From positions 1-64,000 of the IMG/VR virus record IMGVR_UViG_3300042261_000652: a stretch of 64,000 nt of DNA, one strand, 5' to 3'. Shown one piece after another: positions 39,919 to 51,181 of the stretch. The stretch is from a virus. Position numbers and translations under genes: made by a program. The number at the start of each line of letters is the position of its first letter. Positions within the stretch are counted from its first letter, which is position 1. The notes below the pieces were generated by a model. That model was not told the origin of the DNA. It did not search any database and saw only the letters and a program-made list of their open reading frames with translations.

Positions 39919-40350
39919 ATGTCTGTTAAAAATTCAACCGTTAAGAATATTCCTATAGGTTTAACGCTTCCAATTCGGCGAGGCAATGTTGGCTATTTCG
40001 ATCAGTCAATCGACAGTTTTACGGCATATCGGATGAATATAATAAATTTAATACGTACAAAGCCGGGTGAACGGAGGATGAATCCAACATTTGGATGTCA
40101 TCTGTGGAATATTGTATTTGAGCCGAATGATCAATTTATTCCTACGAAAGTGAATAAAGTCATAGAAGATGATATTACGAGATGGATTCCGGGGGTTTCG
40201 GTGTCGTCGGTAAATGTCAATTATATCGATGACGATGCAAGTACTAACTTGAGAGATATGTATAAATTATATATTGTAGTAAAATTTATTGTTACATCCA
40301 TCAATCAAGAGGATGTGGTAGAAATTATTCTTGATACTAATAAAGTATAA
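39919..40350 (+). CDS. baseplate wedge protein, GPW/gp25 family
   Basis: PGERRMNPTFGCHLWNIVFEPND matches the gp25 G-x-R-x-x-P-x-FGC motif. 143 aa. Confidence 0.8.
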   Translation: MSVKNSTVKNIPIGLTLPIRRGNVGYFDQSIDSFTAYRMNIINLIRTKPGERRMNPTFGCHLWNIVFEPNDQFIPTKVNKVIEDDITRWIPGVSVSSVNVNYIDDDASTNLRDMYKLYIVVKFIVTSINQEDVVEIILDTNKV

Positions 40351-40476
40351 CGATGATATCATTTCTTATAAAAACAAAGCCAAATAAAACAACAAGTCAT
40401 TGTCTATTCAATGGCTCGTTGAAATTTTACATTCAAAAAGTTATGGCGGTGTAATGCTACAACCAAGGAAATAAAG

Positions 40477-42456
40477 ATGCCCTCCAACACACAAAAATCA
40501 TTTCAGCCCAATGCAAAAGACATTAGATATCTCAATCGAGATTTTTCATCTCTTAAAGATGCATTGATCAATTTTTCCAAGACTTATTATCCAAACACAT
40601 ATAAAGATTTTTCGGCGGCTTCTCCCGGTATGATGTTCATGGAGCAGGCCGCATACGTGGGCGATGTTTTGAGTTATTATACCGATTATGCATTCAAAGA
40701 AGGCCAAATGTTATCGGCAACAGAACGTAAAAATCTGATTGCGCTTGCTGCCCAGCTTGGATATAAGATAAAGCCGTCTCGTGCTTCTACGGGATATGTT
40801 AATTTAATGCAATTGTGTCCTTCTACGGACGATGGATTTGGGAATTATTATCCGGATCCAAATTATATGTTGACAATAAAAGATGAATCTCAATTCTCAA
40901 CAAATAATAATTCGTATTATATATTAACATCTATAGTGGATTTTTCCATCAGTTCATCATCTTCTCCGAGAAAAGAAGAAGTATACTCTCGCAATTCTGA
41001 TGGAACTCCTCAATTTTTTCTTTTAACGAAGCAGGGAATGGTAAGTTCGGGACAAGTATTAAAGAAGGAAGTTGCGGTTGGCAATCCGTCTTCATTTTTT
41101 ACTATTCAAATGGATGAGCCAAATATATTGGAAATTTTAAGTGTTGTAGATTCGGATAACAACAGGTGGTATGAAACGGAATATCTCGCTCAAGAGTTGG
41201 TTCCGATTTCTGTAGCAAATTCAACCGAATATGAGGGGTCTCTTTCTCAATATAAGGATTCGGTGCCATATATTTTAAAATATTTGAAGACTTCTCGCCG
41301 ATTTATTACTACAGTAGATGAGGATAATTACACCACTCTTCAATTTGGGGCAGGTATCAATGGAGCGGATGATGAAATTGTTACATTTGATTCCAATTTA
41401 ATTGGAATCGGATTGACTAAAGCCGCCGACGTTAACGTGCCTATAGATCCAAGTAATTTTTTACAAAATGAAAATTATGGTATTGCACCGCAAAATACAA
41501 CATTAACAATCACTTATTTGGTTGGCGGAGGATTATCGTCCAATTGTCAGGGGGATGAAATTAGAAATGTTGTTGCGGCTATTTTTGATAATTCCGAGGA
41601 GGGACTATTGCCGGAACAATTGAATTTATTAAATACTGTTAAGAACTCGCTTCAAGTGACTAATCCATCACCTGTGGTTGGCGGTAAGGATGCTGAGACC
41701 GACGAGGAAATTCGATTGAATGCTATGGCAAATTTTGCTGCTCAGAGTAGAACTGTCACTCAAAATGACTATCTTGTAAGAGTATATTCTTTGCCTGCAC
41801 AATTTGGATCTATAGCAAAAGCACAAGTAATTGCAGATACAAGTCTGGAGATTGGAGTAAATAAGATATTAGATGGGGTAGTTAATCAGGACAATGTCGG
41901 AATGGTATTTGACAATAGCGTTAACAATTATTTTCGAAGAATTGCGTATGATGTAACGAATCCATTTGCCATCAATGTATACGTTTTATCTTACGATGCT
42001 AATAAAAAATTGGTCAGACCAAATGCGGCATTGGTCAAAAACCTTATAACTTATCTAAAACAAACCCGCATGATTACTGATGGAGTTAACGTTATAGATG
42101 GCTATATCATTAATATTGGGGTAGAGTTTTCCATCACTGTATATAAGGGCTTCAATAAAAAGAATGTATTATTGGACTGCATAACGGCGGTTCAAAACTT
42201 TTTTAATATTGATATATGGAATTTCTCACAACCGATCAATTTAAGTCAATTACAACTCGAAATTGCAAAAGTCGATGGAGTTCAGTCAGTAATAGATGTC
42301 AAAATTACTAATAAAACGGTATTGGACGGTGATTATTCGCCCATAGAATATGATATCCAAGCAGCAACAAAAAACGGAGTGATATATCCATCGGTTGATC
42401 CTAGCATATTCGAAATACGTTATCCCGACAGTGATATTCACGCCAGTGCTTTGTGA
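40477..42456 (+). CDS. baseplate J/gp6-like protein
   Basis: 659 aa directly after the gp25-like gene (conserved W-J synteny). Confidence 0.5.
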   Translation: MPSNTQKSFQPNAKDIRYLNRDFSSLKDALINFSKTYYPNTYKDFSAASPGMMFMEQAAYVGDVLSYYTDYAFKEGQMLSATERKNLIALAAQLGYKIKPSRASTGYVNLMQLCPSTDDGFGNYYPDPNYMLTIKDESQFSTNNNSYYILTSIVDFSISSSSSPRKEEVYSRNSDGTPQFFLLTKQGMVSSGQVLKKEVAVGNPSSFFTIQMDEPNILEILSVVDSDNNRWYETEYLAQELVPISVANSTEYEGSLSQYKDSVPYILKYLKTSRRFITTVDEDNYTTLQFGAGINGADDEIVTFDSNLIGIGLTKAADVNVPIDPSNFLQNENYGIAPQNTTLTITYLVGGGLSSNCQGDEIRNVVAAIFDNSEEGLLPEQLNLLNTVKNSLQVTNPSPVVGGKDAETDEEIRLNAMANFAAQSRTVTQNDYLVRVYSLPAQFGSIAKAQVIADTSLEIGVNKILDGVVNQDNVGMVFDNSVNNYFRRIAYDVTNPFAINVYVLSYDANKKLVRPNAALVKNLITYLKQTRMITDGVNVIDGYIINIGVEFSITVYKGFNKKNVLLDCITAVQNFFNIDIWNFSQPINLSQLQLEIAKVDGVQSVIDVKITNKTVLDGDYSPIEYDIQAATKNGVIYPSVDPSIFEIRYPDSDIHASAL

Positions 42457-42570
42457 TTTAAAATTTCCCGAATAATATATTAAAAGAATGTTTGGGATAT
42501 AAGGTTGTAGAACCGTGGGAAGGTGAAATAAATAGAGGAGATTACGAGAAGTTGAATATTTATATCTGAT

Positions 42571-43086
42571 ATGATCAAACTTAAATCTCTTATTAAAGAA
42601 AATTCTAATGATTCTAAAATAGAATCGTTTATAGAATCTCTTTCGTCTTTCGGGTTAGAATTTCATACGTGGTGCATTGGCGATCCCTCTGTTGCTATAA
42701 AATGGAAGGGCAGCACCTATCCAACGATAACAGACTCGGAAAGAATTGTAAAAGTAGCATTGGATAGAACAGACATTTTTTCCCATAATGGGAGTGTATG
42801 GGTGGGAGATCCAAATCGTCCAATGTTAGATGGATATGTTATTCAGGCTATTATAACCGATCCTAAACAGAGACGAAAAGGTAAGGCGAAAGAAATGTTG
42901 AACAAAGTATTAGCTGCCGCAGATGCTTCGGGTATTAAATTAAAATTGGAACCGGTCCCGATGAAAGATTTTATTAAGAAAGGCGAACCAAGCCTTACAC
43001 AATTACAGTTGACCAAATGGTATTCCAAGCATGGGTTTCGAAAATCACCTGACGCTAATATAATGACACGATATCCAAAAAATTAA
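42571..43086 (+). CDS. putative GNAT-family acetyltransferase
   Basis: GYVIQAIITDPKQRRKGKAKEMLNKVL resembles GNAT motif A (Q/R-x-x-G-x-G/A). Confidence 0.35.
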   Translation: MIKLKSLIKENSNDSKIESFIESLSSFGLEFHTWCIGDPSVAIKWKGSTYPTITDSERIVKVALDRTDIFSHNGSVWVGDPNRPMLDGYVIQAIITDPKQRRKGKAKEMLNKVLAAADASGIKLKLEPVPMKDFIKKGEPSLTQLQLTKWYSKHGFRKSPDANIMTRYPKN

Positions 43087-43092
43087 AGACGT

Positions 43093-45768
43093 ATGCATCA
43101 CTTTATTTATCCAAGCAAAGATACTTTCATCACCAATCGTGACGGCCAATATGGGAAAAACTTTGGCGTAGATGAAATTCTCCAAATTGGAACTACTAAT
43201 AAGCCCGTCGTTTGTCTTAGTCCGACAAAGGATTATGTTTATACCGATACTATATTTAATGGAATCGGAGTTCAAAATTTCGGCGGATATTTTACGGGCT
43301 CATTCGGGGGAACCGTCGCAAGTTCCGACGGTATAATGTCAGGAAGTATATTGATGTTTAGTGCATCCTATTTTAGTGGTTCTGTGGACGGAGTAGTGAT
43401 AGAAACCAGTGGGAGTATTTCCGGAAGTTTGATTGATGGAATTATAAGTGGATCTATAATTGCGCCCTATGTCTCCGGACTTTTCGTAGGAGAAATCACG
43501 GGAGCAGTTGCGTGTTTAACGGGTACGGGTTCGGGGGTTGATACGAGGGCTGAGTCAAATTGGATTACAACGAATGGACAATTTGTAAATCGGTCGCTGT
43601 TAACATTCAATATTCAAAGGATTTCAGAATCAATTGCAAGTGGAGATATTTCAAATCCACGCTTTCTTCTCAATCTTAAAGTTTGCGATGAATATGAATT
43701 GCCAATTACATATACTATTTATGCATATCCTATAAGTCAAAGTTGGGTGATGGGCAATGGATATTGGCTCAACGGTGGATCTAGCGAAGGCGTAAGTTGG
43801 AATTATAGAGATCGTACGGATGGTACTCCGTGGTATACGGCATCCATCTCTACACCAAAGCCCGCCATTGATTTTGTGTCCAATCCATCATTATTAACGG
43901 CATCGTTTGGATATGGCGGCGGGACGTGGTATACCTCAAGTTGTGCATCGCAAAGTTTTTCATATCAGCCATCAGATATTTGTATGGATGTTACGCCAAT
44001 TGTGACGCAATGGCTGAATGGAGATATTCCCAATAATGGATTTATTCTTCTCAGTTCGGATGAACTTCTTGCTACGGGGTCTGGATTTACATTAAAGTTC
44101 TTCAGTAAAGATACTAACACAATCTACTCACCCTATCTCGATATCGCATGGAATGATGCAGTATTTACTACGGGTAGTATTTCTACGGGAAGTGTTCAAA
44201 TTTCCACAATCAATCCTGGGATATCCGCCTCTATTCAAAGTGGCTCATCTATGAATCTTGCGGGAGGAATTAATGGATGCTTTTCGAGTAGTGTTATATT
44301 ATCATTAGTTCCGCATTACATTTTAGCAACTGACCAAATATTTGATTATTCCGCACCCAATTCACAGGCGAACAATGTGTGGTGGGCAAACAACGGGTAT
44401 CATTACGATAGTTGGGAATCGGCGTGGGATTTAGATCCATATCACGGGGGATTTTTGCCAAACACCGATATAACAATGACGGTAATGCCGAATTATGGCA
44501 GTCCGCCCGTAAGTCAATTTACGGGAAGTTTTGTCGGGTCTTTTATGGGGACTGCGTCTTATGCCGAAGGAACTATTTCTGGCAGTATGTTAATATTTGA
44601 CGCATCTTATTTTACAGGATCTATAGATGGAGTGAGTGGAATTGAAACGAGTGGTGCAATATCCGGAAGTTTAATAGATGGATTCATCAGTGGCACTATT
44701 ATAGCACCGCAGATGATTGGAGTGTTTGATGGAATGATTACAAGTTCGATTGCGTATTTAAATGGTACAGGGTCGGGAACTTATTTGGATTCTACATTCC
44801 AAAGTTTCACGGGATTTGCAAATGGGGCGGGATTGAGTGGTAATATCATAGGGGTTCCCGTATTCGGTTCTACGAATGGGCTTATAGCATTATCTCAATC
44901 ATTGATAACGGGGTCGTGTGGAACGCAATTTTATACATATCTTGCTAAAGCTATTTTTACAGATGGTCCTTTCAGCGGAAGCACATTTACGGCGTATTAT
45001 AATAACAATAAATTCGAGAATGCGCTGCTTACGGGATCTTGGAATGAAGTCTCGTTGCTCGGCGCACATATAAATATTCCACTCCCATCTCAGATTGACC
45101 CGTATGTGTACGCATATGTGTATGGTCCATACATTAGCGGAACTGCGATGGGAACTTATACAATTTCGGGATCGGTGAGCGAAAGCGGCGGTTCCAATAG
45201 TGCAAGTTTTAATGGTCAGTTTATAGATGGTGTAACCTTGGGTGCAAGCTTACGGGTACAATTGAGCGGAAGTATTTATACTTCTAGTTACAATTATACC
45301 AGCAGTATAGCCATGACTTCGAGTGTGTTTAATGCGTTGGATATTGAGAGGCCATTCTCAATTAATTTGCAAAGCTTGCAACCGCAATATAAATCGGGCG
45401 ATATGGTTAAAATATATGTCTTTGGACGTAAGAAATATCCACAAAAATATTTCGGACGCTCAACTCAACAAGAACAATATATGATACCGGAGTCACTTCC
45501 ATCGTCGTCGTTTTTTGCATTAAAGGATAATCAGACGGATGAAATTGTGATCAACTTTGATGAATTTACTCAAATTTCGTGCGAGTATCCCTATGGTAAC
45601 TTTTTTTATCTGGACACAACGGGGTTGCCACAGGAACGATACTATCGTATACTAATTCAAGTAAATAATTCAGATAGCAGTTATACAATTGATACGGGGA
45701 AGATATTTAAAATTGTCAGAGGAAGTTCCAAGGCAAGCCCTGCGTGGTCTTCATCTGAAATAGAATAA
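43093..45768 (+). CDS. large structural protein with an internal ~85-aa duplication (G/S-rich)
   Basis: FTGSFGGTVASSDGIMSGSILMFSASYFSGSVDGVVIETSGSISGSLIDGIISGSIIAP is repeated as FTGSFVGSFMGTASYAEGTISGSMLIFDASYFTGSIDGVSGIETSGAISGSLIDGFISGTIIAP. Confidence 0.5.
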   Translation: MHHFIYPSKDTFITNRDGQYGKNFGVDEILQIGTTNKPVVCLSPTKDYVYTDTIFNGIGVQNFGGYFTGSFGGTVASSDGIMSGSILMFSASYFSGSVDGVVIETSGSISGSLIDGIISGSIIAPYVSGLFVGEITGAVACLTGTGSGVDTRAESNWITTNGQFVNRSLLTFNIQRISESIASGDISNPRFLLNLKVCDEYELPITYTIYAYPISQSWVMGNGYWLNGGSSEGVSWNYRDRTDGTPWYTASISTPKPAIDFVSNPSLLTASFGYGGGTWYTSSCASQSFSYQPSDICMDVTPIVTQWLNGDIPNNGFILLSSDELLATGSGFTLKFFSKDTNTIYSPYLDIAWNDAVFTTGSISTGSVQISTINPGISASIQSGSSMNLAGGINGCFSSSVILSLVPHYILATDQIFDYSAPNSQANNVWWANNGYHYDSWESAWDLDPYHGGFLPNTDITMTVMPNYGSPPVSQFTGSFVGSFMGTASYAEGTISGSMLIFDASYFTGSIDGVSGIETSGAISGSLIDGFISGTIIAPQMIGVFDGMITSSIAYLNGTGSGTYLDSTFQSFTGFANGAGLSGNIIGVPVFGSTNGLIALSQSLITGSCGTQFYTYLAKAIFTDGPFSGSTFTAYYNNNKFENALLTGSWNEVSLLGAHINIPLPSQIDPYVYAYVYGPYISGTAMGTYTISGSVSESGGSNSASFNGQFIDGVTLGASLRVQLSGSIYTSSYNYTSSIAMTSSVFNALDIERPFSINLQSLQPQYKSGDMVKIYVFGRKKYPQKYFGRSTQQEQYMIPESLPSSSFFALKDNQTDEIVINFDEFTQISCEYPYGNFFYLDTTGLPQERYYRILIQVNNSDSSYTIDTGKIFKIVRGSSKASPAWSSSEIE

Positions 45769-45780
45769 TACAATTATAAT

Positions 45781-46245
45781 ATGGCCGATTTTTCAAAAGA
45801 TATTTATGAATTTAAACAAAATGGAACATACACATATAAATTTGATAGTGTAGGTAATCTCATTTTTAATAGTTCTTCCGCCGATTTTTCACAGGTTTAT
45901 GTGGCGTTTCCACTGTACGATGTTGTATTTAATGATAAGAAAGTAGATAGCTTTTATAATCCCGAATTTGAAGAATTTATTCCGATGACAAGTTCATATA
46001 CAACATCATCAATAGATGCCAATGCGCTCAATCGGCAGATGGCATTATTGCAGACGGAAAACGATCAATTGAAAGTTCAGCTAGATAATGCTATTGCTAA
46101 TAGTGAAACTAGTGGATCACTCGCCGATCAAATGGCAATAAAACAAGTTATTCTTGAGCTTCGCAAGGCACTTGGTCAGGGAAGAGTTGACAGCGATTTC
46201 TCAGATACATTCCCATACACAGCGTTAAGGAAGGGTGCTAAATAA
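45781..46245 (+). CDS. hypothetical coiled-coil protein
   Basis: 154-aa ORF. Confidence 0.4.
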   Translation: MADFSKDIYEFKQNGTYTYKFDSVGNLIFNSSSADFSQVYVAFPLYDVVFNDKKVDSFYNPEFEEFIPMTSSYTTSSIDANALNRQMALLQTENDQLKVQLDNAIANSETSGSLADQMAIKQVILELRKALGQGRVDSDFSDTFPYTALRKGAK

Positions 46246-49200
46246 TATGGAATATACCTCATATCAATTAGTTGGTGAAAATACTGCTAGTTTAAATACT
46301 GGATCGTATTTAAATCGGGCAGAATATTCCTTATTTGTGAAGGGGTTTGCTACTGAACCTTGGTATGGCCTTTCTGCGAATGATGTGATAGAGCTTGGCG
46401 TATGGGATCACAATCAAAATCTTATTTCTTGGAAGACGATTGGTCAGGAAAAACAATATAATCCCGTTACCCTTTCATATACCAATACATTAAATTTCCC
46501 CGTAACCTATTCATATAGGGAATTAATCTCCGACTTTATTCTTTATAAAAATGAACAAATTCTTGTGAATCCGTCGCAGGAATTGTCGGCATCATTTCAA
46601 ATTTTATCCGGTAGTTATATACTAACATATAATTTTGTCCGTGAGATGGCGGGCAATATTTCCTCACCATTAGTAGTCAAAGACATTTCTCCATCACGAA
46701 AAGAACTTAAGCTCGTTCCTCTCAGTGCGTCAACTCCTGCTTATAGCGCATTTTGTCAGAAGAAGGTTTTAGTTTCAGATATTTCTCCACTTTATATTGA
46801 CTCTGTAAAAAACTGCCCGTATAGTAATATTTACTCGGCGATTGCTCCACTGTATCCAAATGAAATTAATATCATTAGAAATGTTTTCTTTTTGACAACG
46901 GATGCGGCAATTGTTCAATTTTTTAAAAACTTATATGAAGATCAGTGGATATATAGATCGACATCCACCGATACCAAATCCGAGACTATAAGAATTCAGG
47001 GAATACGAACATACTTTGATAATTTCCTTCTCTCTAATTTGGAAAAAATCGTAGATTTTGCGGAAGTAGATGGTCGTTTTATGGGATTTGTTTCGGCCTC
47101 TATAGAACGCAAATTTGCTCCGATTGGAGCACATCCTATCCAGCCATATGTAGAAGCGAAGGCATTTGTATTTGATTTCTTTACGAAATATTTTTACACT
47201 CCAATTTCGAATCGTCTTTCGAAGATTTATAATGACAAATATTATTCGCATTTAAAAAATGCTCTCAATTTTGGAAATAATCGCCTGCTTCCGATCATTA
47301 ATAGTGGAATGATGGATGAGCGGGTAGATTCTACGGATTCGATGACGCTTTTGCTTAAACTTCAAGCAGAACTTCCAAATGATATTCAAATTCAAACGCC
47401 GTGCTGGGTTACAAACGTATCATTGACACCATATGTTGTTAATGCTATAATAAAAAGTCCAAGTTCTAGTATCATTTATAAAATCGGCCCTCCAAATTTT
47501 TCAATTCCCATTCCGAATGCAAGTATGACAAATACTAATTTGTCTTACACTGCGGAAGATTTAAAGATAGAGGATCAAACGAATCGGGAAGTAGATGTTA
47601 GCAAAAATATTCAGGAATTATCGGTAGATTATACCGATTTTCAAAATTTCGTGGTGTTTTCTTCGGCAGAACTCCGATTAAAAATCTTTAAGAATAAAAT
47701 CATTAATATTTCTGCTTTAAGTTCTTCTCTGAATACATTAAACAGTAACAACAGTACATTTATCGCCACGAATGGAAGCATTTATCCAAATTATTCTCAA
47801 GAATATGCGGATATTCAGGGAAAAATAAACGAATATATTGATTCATTTGATGGATATGAATCATATCTTTATCGTGGAGGCAGCTACACTTATAAAAGTG
47901 GAAGTTTTGTAAGCTCCAGTTATGTAGTGGAAATGGATAATTTGGCGGCGGCATATGATAAGACAAATCGTGATAGTCTTATCAACAATTGTCCCGAACA
48001 TATTTTAACCGATTCTAACAACGATGAGTATATTATATTTCTATCGATGATTGGTCATTTCTTTGATAATATCTACATTTATATTGCCAACATGCCATCG
48101 GAGAGGAGAATTGGCAATGATACTTCGGCTGAATTTACACGGCGAATTGTAGACTATATGCTCCAAACATTTGGATGGAATCTTGATGATTCGTTGGAGC
48201 AAAGCAACATTCTCAACAATTATTTGACATCTGAGGAAGTTGGCAATCTTAATGCTATATCAGCCGAAGATAGATTAAAAATAATCCGAAATCGGATATT
48301 GATTAATCTTCCGCAAATTTATAAGACTAAGGGAACTGAAGAGGCGGTCAAATTAATCCTGGCGTGCTATGGTATTCCGTCTTCTCTTTTAAGTGTACGT
48401 GAATATGGTGGGATGAATTATGCAGATGAGAAGGCATCGTATACCACATATGAGCGGGTTTATCTTAGACAGTGGAATACAGCGTCACAATATGACACGT
48501 ATTATTTACAATGTCCGCCCGGATCTCGCACATATCTTTATAAATTTTCAGTAGATGATGCGGAATCATATACCTACGGAATAGATCATGCGCTTGTAGG
48601 TGGAGTTTCCGATATTAGCGTGGGATCAACAACGATAGATGGATCTGGAGGTTGGGCTTCGGGATTTGTCAGAACTCCAAATAAAAATAGCGGTAAAATA
48701 TTTTTCCGCATAGGTAATATTGCTGGCCCGATTTTAAAAATTTATAGTCCCGAATTTCCACTGTTCGATGGAAATATTTATAGCGTTATGTTGCGACGTA
48801 ATCAGCCCGATGCCGGGTTCGAATACCCAGAAGACCCCAACGCAACTCCATCTAAATTTGATTTATATGTTCAAAGAAATGAGAGCGGGGAACAAATTTT
48901 ACGACTAACATCAAGTGTAATTTGTTATGATACGGCATCTAATTACATGTTTGGAGAAGCGGGACATATTCTTATAGGCGGATGGTTTACATATTGGAAT
49001 CGTGGCGGATACACGGGATGTTTTGACAAATTTCAAATGTGGCGTACATCTTTGAGTGATAACGATTTTGAAAATTATGTAGACAATATAAATTCTTATG
49101 CATTTGGTGGATCTAATTCACACGAAAATTTAATTTTCAGAATGCATTACGATTATCCCATAGATCAGCGACAATTTGTTACGGGATCGAGCGATATTTT

Positions 49201-51169
49201 AGAAGTCTCGGATACGAATTGGGCAGGCGTATGGCAAAATGGAAATCCATATTTTGCTACGGGATCGGAAGCTAGACTGGAAGAATTATATGGGATTTAC
49301 GGCGTCAATGTAGATTATATGGTAAGTCGTGGTGCTTGGCAGGGAGCACAAACTCTTACACCTGATACATGTTCCGCAACAGGTTTTATTTCTTCATCTT
49401 GTTATCCGTGGCAATTTAAAGTCATAGATTATCCAAACACGTGGAATATTTCCAAGTATGGGCCAAATAAATTTAGAAATGAAAAGATTCGTCACATCTC
49501 ACAATCCATCGAAGCAAGATTTGATAATTTGAATCGTTCTACATATGTGCCCGCAAGCTCGACTTCTCCCGATTCTAATCAAGTTGGATTTTTCGTAGAT
49601 CCGCAAGACTTTAAAAATCGTGATATTGTCAGATATCTGGGCAATTTTGATCTTATGGATTCTATCGGAGATCCGTCCAATCAATTTTCTCAAAGTTATT
49701 CTTCACTTAAAACTTTACGAAAAGAATATGCCGATGCTCACTTACCGTCAGGCGGAAGTAAAACATTATATAATGAGTTGCTCATTCTTTATAAATTGTA
49801 TTTTAATCGCTCGGTATTTGAGTCAATTCGCAATGTCCTGCCATCACGTGCAAATACAATCGTCGGGGTTCTTATAGAGCCGACTATTCTGGAGCGTCCA
49901 AAATATCAAGCTAAAGAAGTGTCTAGTGAAATAAACAGTGGATCAGCAGTATATCTTGAATGTGCTGCCGTGCATTATTATAAAGACCCGTTGCCTGAAA
50001 ATAGGTTGGTCACCATTGCCGGATCAAGTGCAGAGATGGAGCGATCCACTTCCATCGAAGTGTCATATATTGCTCTTCCCGTTCGTGATTATCCCGTCAA
50101 TTTTGGGGGCAATTATATTGCAGATTTTGCAGATCCATATAACAAAGGCCATTTTACGGGCGGTATTCTCTCTCAGGAGGAATTACAGTCTCTCATTTTA
50201 TTGCCCGAAATTAATTTTATAGGAGTTCCAACATATGGAGTTGCGATGCTTCCCGTTCAATTTACTGCCCAGTGTTTTAATACAACCGCATATAAGTGGA
50301 TATTTGGGGATGAAGCATTATCACGAATTAATCCCGCCTCTTTTACTGAGATTGCAAGTCCTACCCCTCTTCACACATATGAGTGGGCAGGACTTTATAC
50401 CGTAACATTGACTGGATATAATGGTGGATTTAGCAATTCCAAGACACGGGTGGATTATATAAAGATAGACGCTCCTATCATTCACGCCGATTTCGAAGCG
50501 ACTCCCACTGCGGGCATTGCAAATAGTTCTATTTTTACATTTACTAATAATAGTACTCTTGCAAATGCTCCACTGTCTAATTTATCATATTTATGGCAAT
50601 TTGGCGATGGCACGACCAGCACTGAAATTAATCCGACGCATATATATGCGAATCAAGGTACATACACAGTCACTTTAACTGCAACGTGGGGTCATTATTC
50701 CGATACCGAAGTGAAATCTAATTATATCTTTGCTGACACGCCGATTACTCCGTGTGGAGGAACAATCAATGCTACGGGTGGTCAATCATGGCCAACGCCA
50801 TATTCAACCACAATAAATTTGGGAACGAGCACTGGAGTAGTTACATTAAGATATGATATGTATAGTGTGCCTGATCGTATGGCGGTTGTTTGGAATGGCA
50901 ACACGGTAATTGATACTGGATATTGCGGAGACAGCCGTTATCAAAGTCAAATTGATAGCATTGTTGGACCGGGCAATACGATAAGAACACCGAGCCGAGG
51001 CACAGCAACATTTAACAAGACCGAGAGTGAGCCACAATCCGTAACTATTTATGTGTGGGGTCCACTCGGTGGAACGTCGTGGAAGTTTAGTATCGGTTGT
51101 CCAAATAGTCCGCCCGATCCATTTCCCGAAACTGAGGATGATCCTCCACCGGGAGGAATTCCGCTTTAA
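46235..51169 (+). CDS. very large structural protein (1644 aa) with two C-terminal PKD domains
   Basis: PKD motifs YKWIFGDEALS...YTVTLTGYNG and YLWQFGDGTTSTEINPTHIYANQGTYTVTLTATW (nt ~50220-50700). Confidence 0.6.
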   Translation: MLNNMEYTSYQLVGENTASLNTGSYLNRAEYSLFVKGFATEPWYGLSANDVIELGVWDHNQNLISWKTIGQEKQYNPVTLSYTNTLNFPVTYSYRELISDFILYKNEQILVNPSQELSASFQILSGSYILTYNFVREMAGNISSPLVVKDISPSRKELKLVPLSASTPAYSAFCQKKVLVSDISPLYIDSVKNCPYSNIYSAIAPLYPNEINIIRNVFFLTTDAAIVQFFKNLYEDQWIYRSTSTDTKSETIRIQGIRTYFDNFLLSNLEKIVDFAEVDGRFMGFVSASIERKFAPIGAHPIQPYVEAKAFVFDFFTKYFYTPISNRLSKIYNDKYYSHLKNALNFGNNRLLPIINSGMMDERVDSTDSMTLLLKLQAELPNDIQIQTPCWVTNVSLTPYVVNAIIKSPSSSIIYKIGPPNFSIPIPNASMTNTNLSYTAEDLKIEDQTNREVDVSKNIQELSVDYTDFQNFVVFSSAELRLKIFKNKIINISALSSSLNTLNSNNSTFIATNGSIYPNYSQEYADIQGKINEYIDSFDGYESYLYRGGSYTYKSGSFVSSSYVVEMDNLAAAYDKTNRDSLINNCPEHILTDSNNDEYIIFLSMIGHFFDNIYIYIANMPSERRIGNDTSAEFTRRIVDYMLQTFGWNLDDSLEQSNILNNYLTSEEVGNLNAISAEDRLKIIRNRILINLPQIYKTKGTEEAVKLILACYGIPSSLLSVREYGGMNYADEKASYTTYERVYLRQWNTASQYDTYYLQCPPGSRTYLYKFSVDDAESYTYGIDHALVGGVSDISVGSTTIDGSGGWASGFVRTPNKNSGKIFFRIGNIAGPILKIYSPEFPLFDGNIYSVMLRRNQPDAGFEYPEDPNATPSKFDLYVQRNESGEQILRLTSSVICYDTASNYMFGEAGHILIGGWFTYWNRGGYTGCFDKFQMWRTSLSDNDFENYVDNINSYAFGGSNSHENLIFRMHYDYPIDQRQFVTGSSDILEVSDTNWAGVWQNGNPYFATGSEARLEELYGIYGVNVDYMVSRGAWQGAQTLTPDTCSATGFISSSCYPWQFKVIDYPNTWNISKYGPNKFRNEKIRHISQSIEARFDNLNRSTYVPASSTSPDSNQVGFFVDPQDFKNRDIVRYLGNFDLMDSIGDPSNQFSQSYSSLKTLRKEYADAHLPSGGSKTLYNELLILYKLYFNRSVFESIRNVLPSRANTIVGVLIEPTILERPKYQAKEVSSEINSGSAVYLECAAVHYYKDPLPENRLVTIAGSSAEMERSTSIEVSYIALPVRDYPVNFGGNYIADFADPYNKGHFTGGILSQEELQSLILLPEINFIGVPTYGVAMLPVQFTAQCFNTTAYKWIFGDEALSRINPASFTEIASPTPLHTYEWAGLYTVTLTGYNGGFSNSKTRVDYIKIDAPIIHADFEATPTAGIANSSIFTFTNNSTLANAPLSNLSYLWQFGDGTTSTEINPTHIYANQGTYTVTLTATWGHYSDTEVKSNYIFADTPITPCGGTINATGGQSWPTPYSTTINLGTSTGVVTLRYDMYSVPDRMAVVWNGNTVIDTGYCGDSRYQSQIDSIVGPGNTIRTPSRGTATFNKTESEPQSVTIYVWGPLGGTSWKFSIGCPNSPPDPFPETEDDPPPGGIPL

Positions 51170-51181
51170 TTATTTTAATAT

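Noticed and set aside
46931-47251. Assorted short opposite-strand ORFs inside the large structural genes (31588..31833 -, 33292..33741 -, 46931..47251 -, 47760..47966 -, 51293..51514 -, 54705..54896 -, 57077..57310 - and similar)
   Set aside because: They are fully nested antisense within long, motif-supported plus-strand genes and have no supporting signals.
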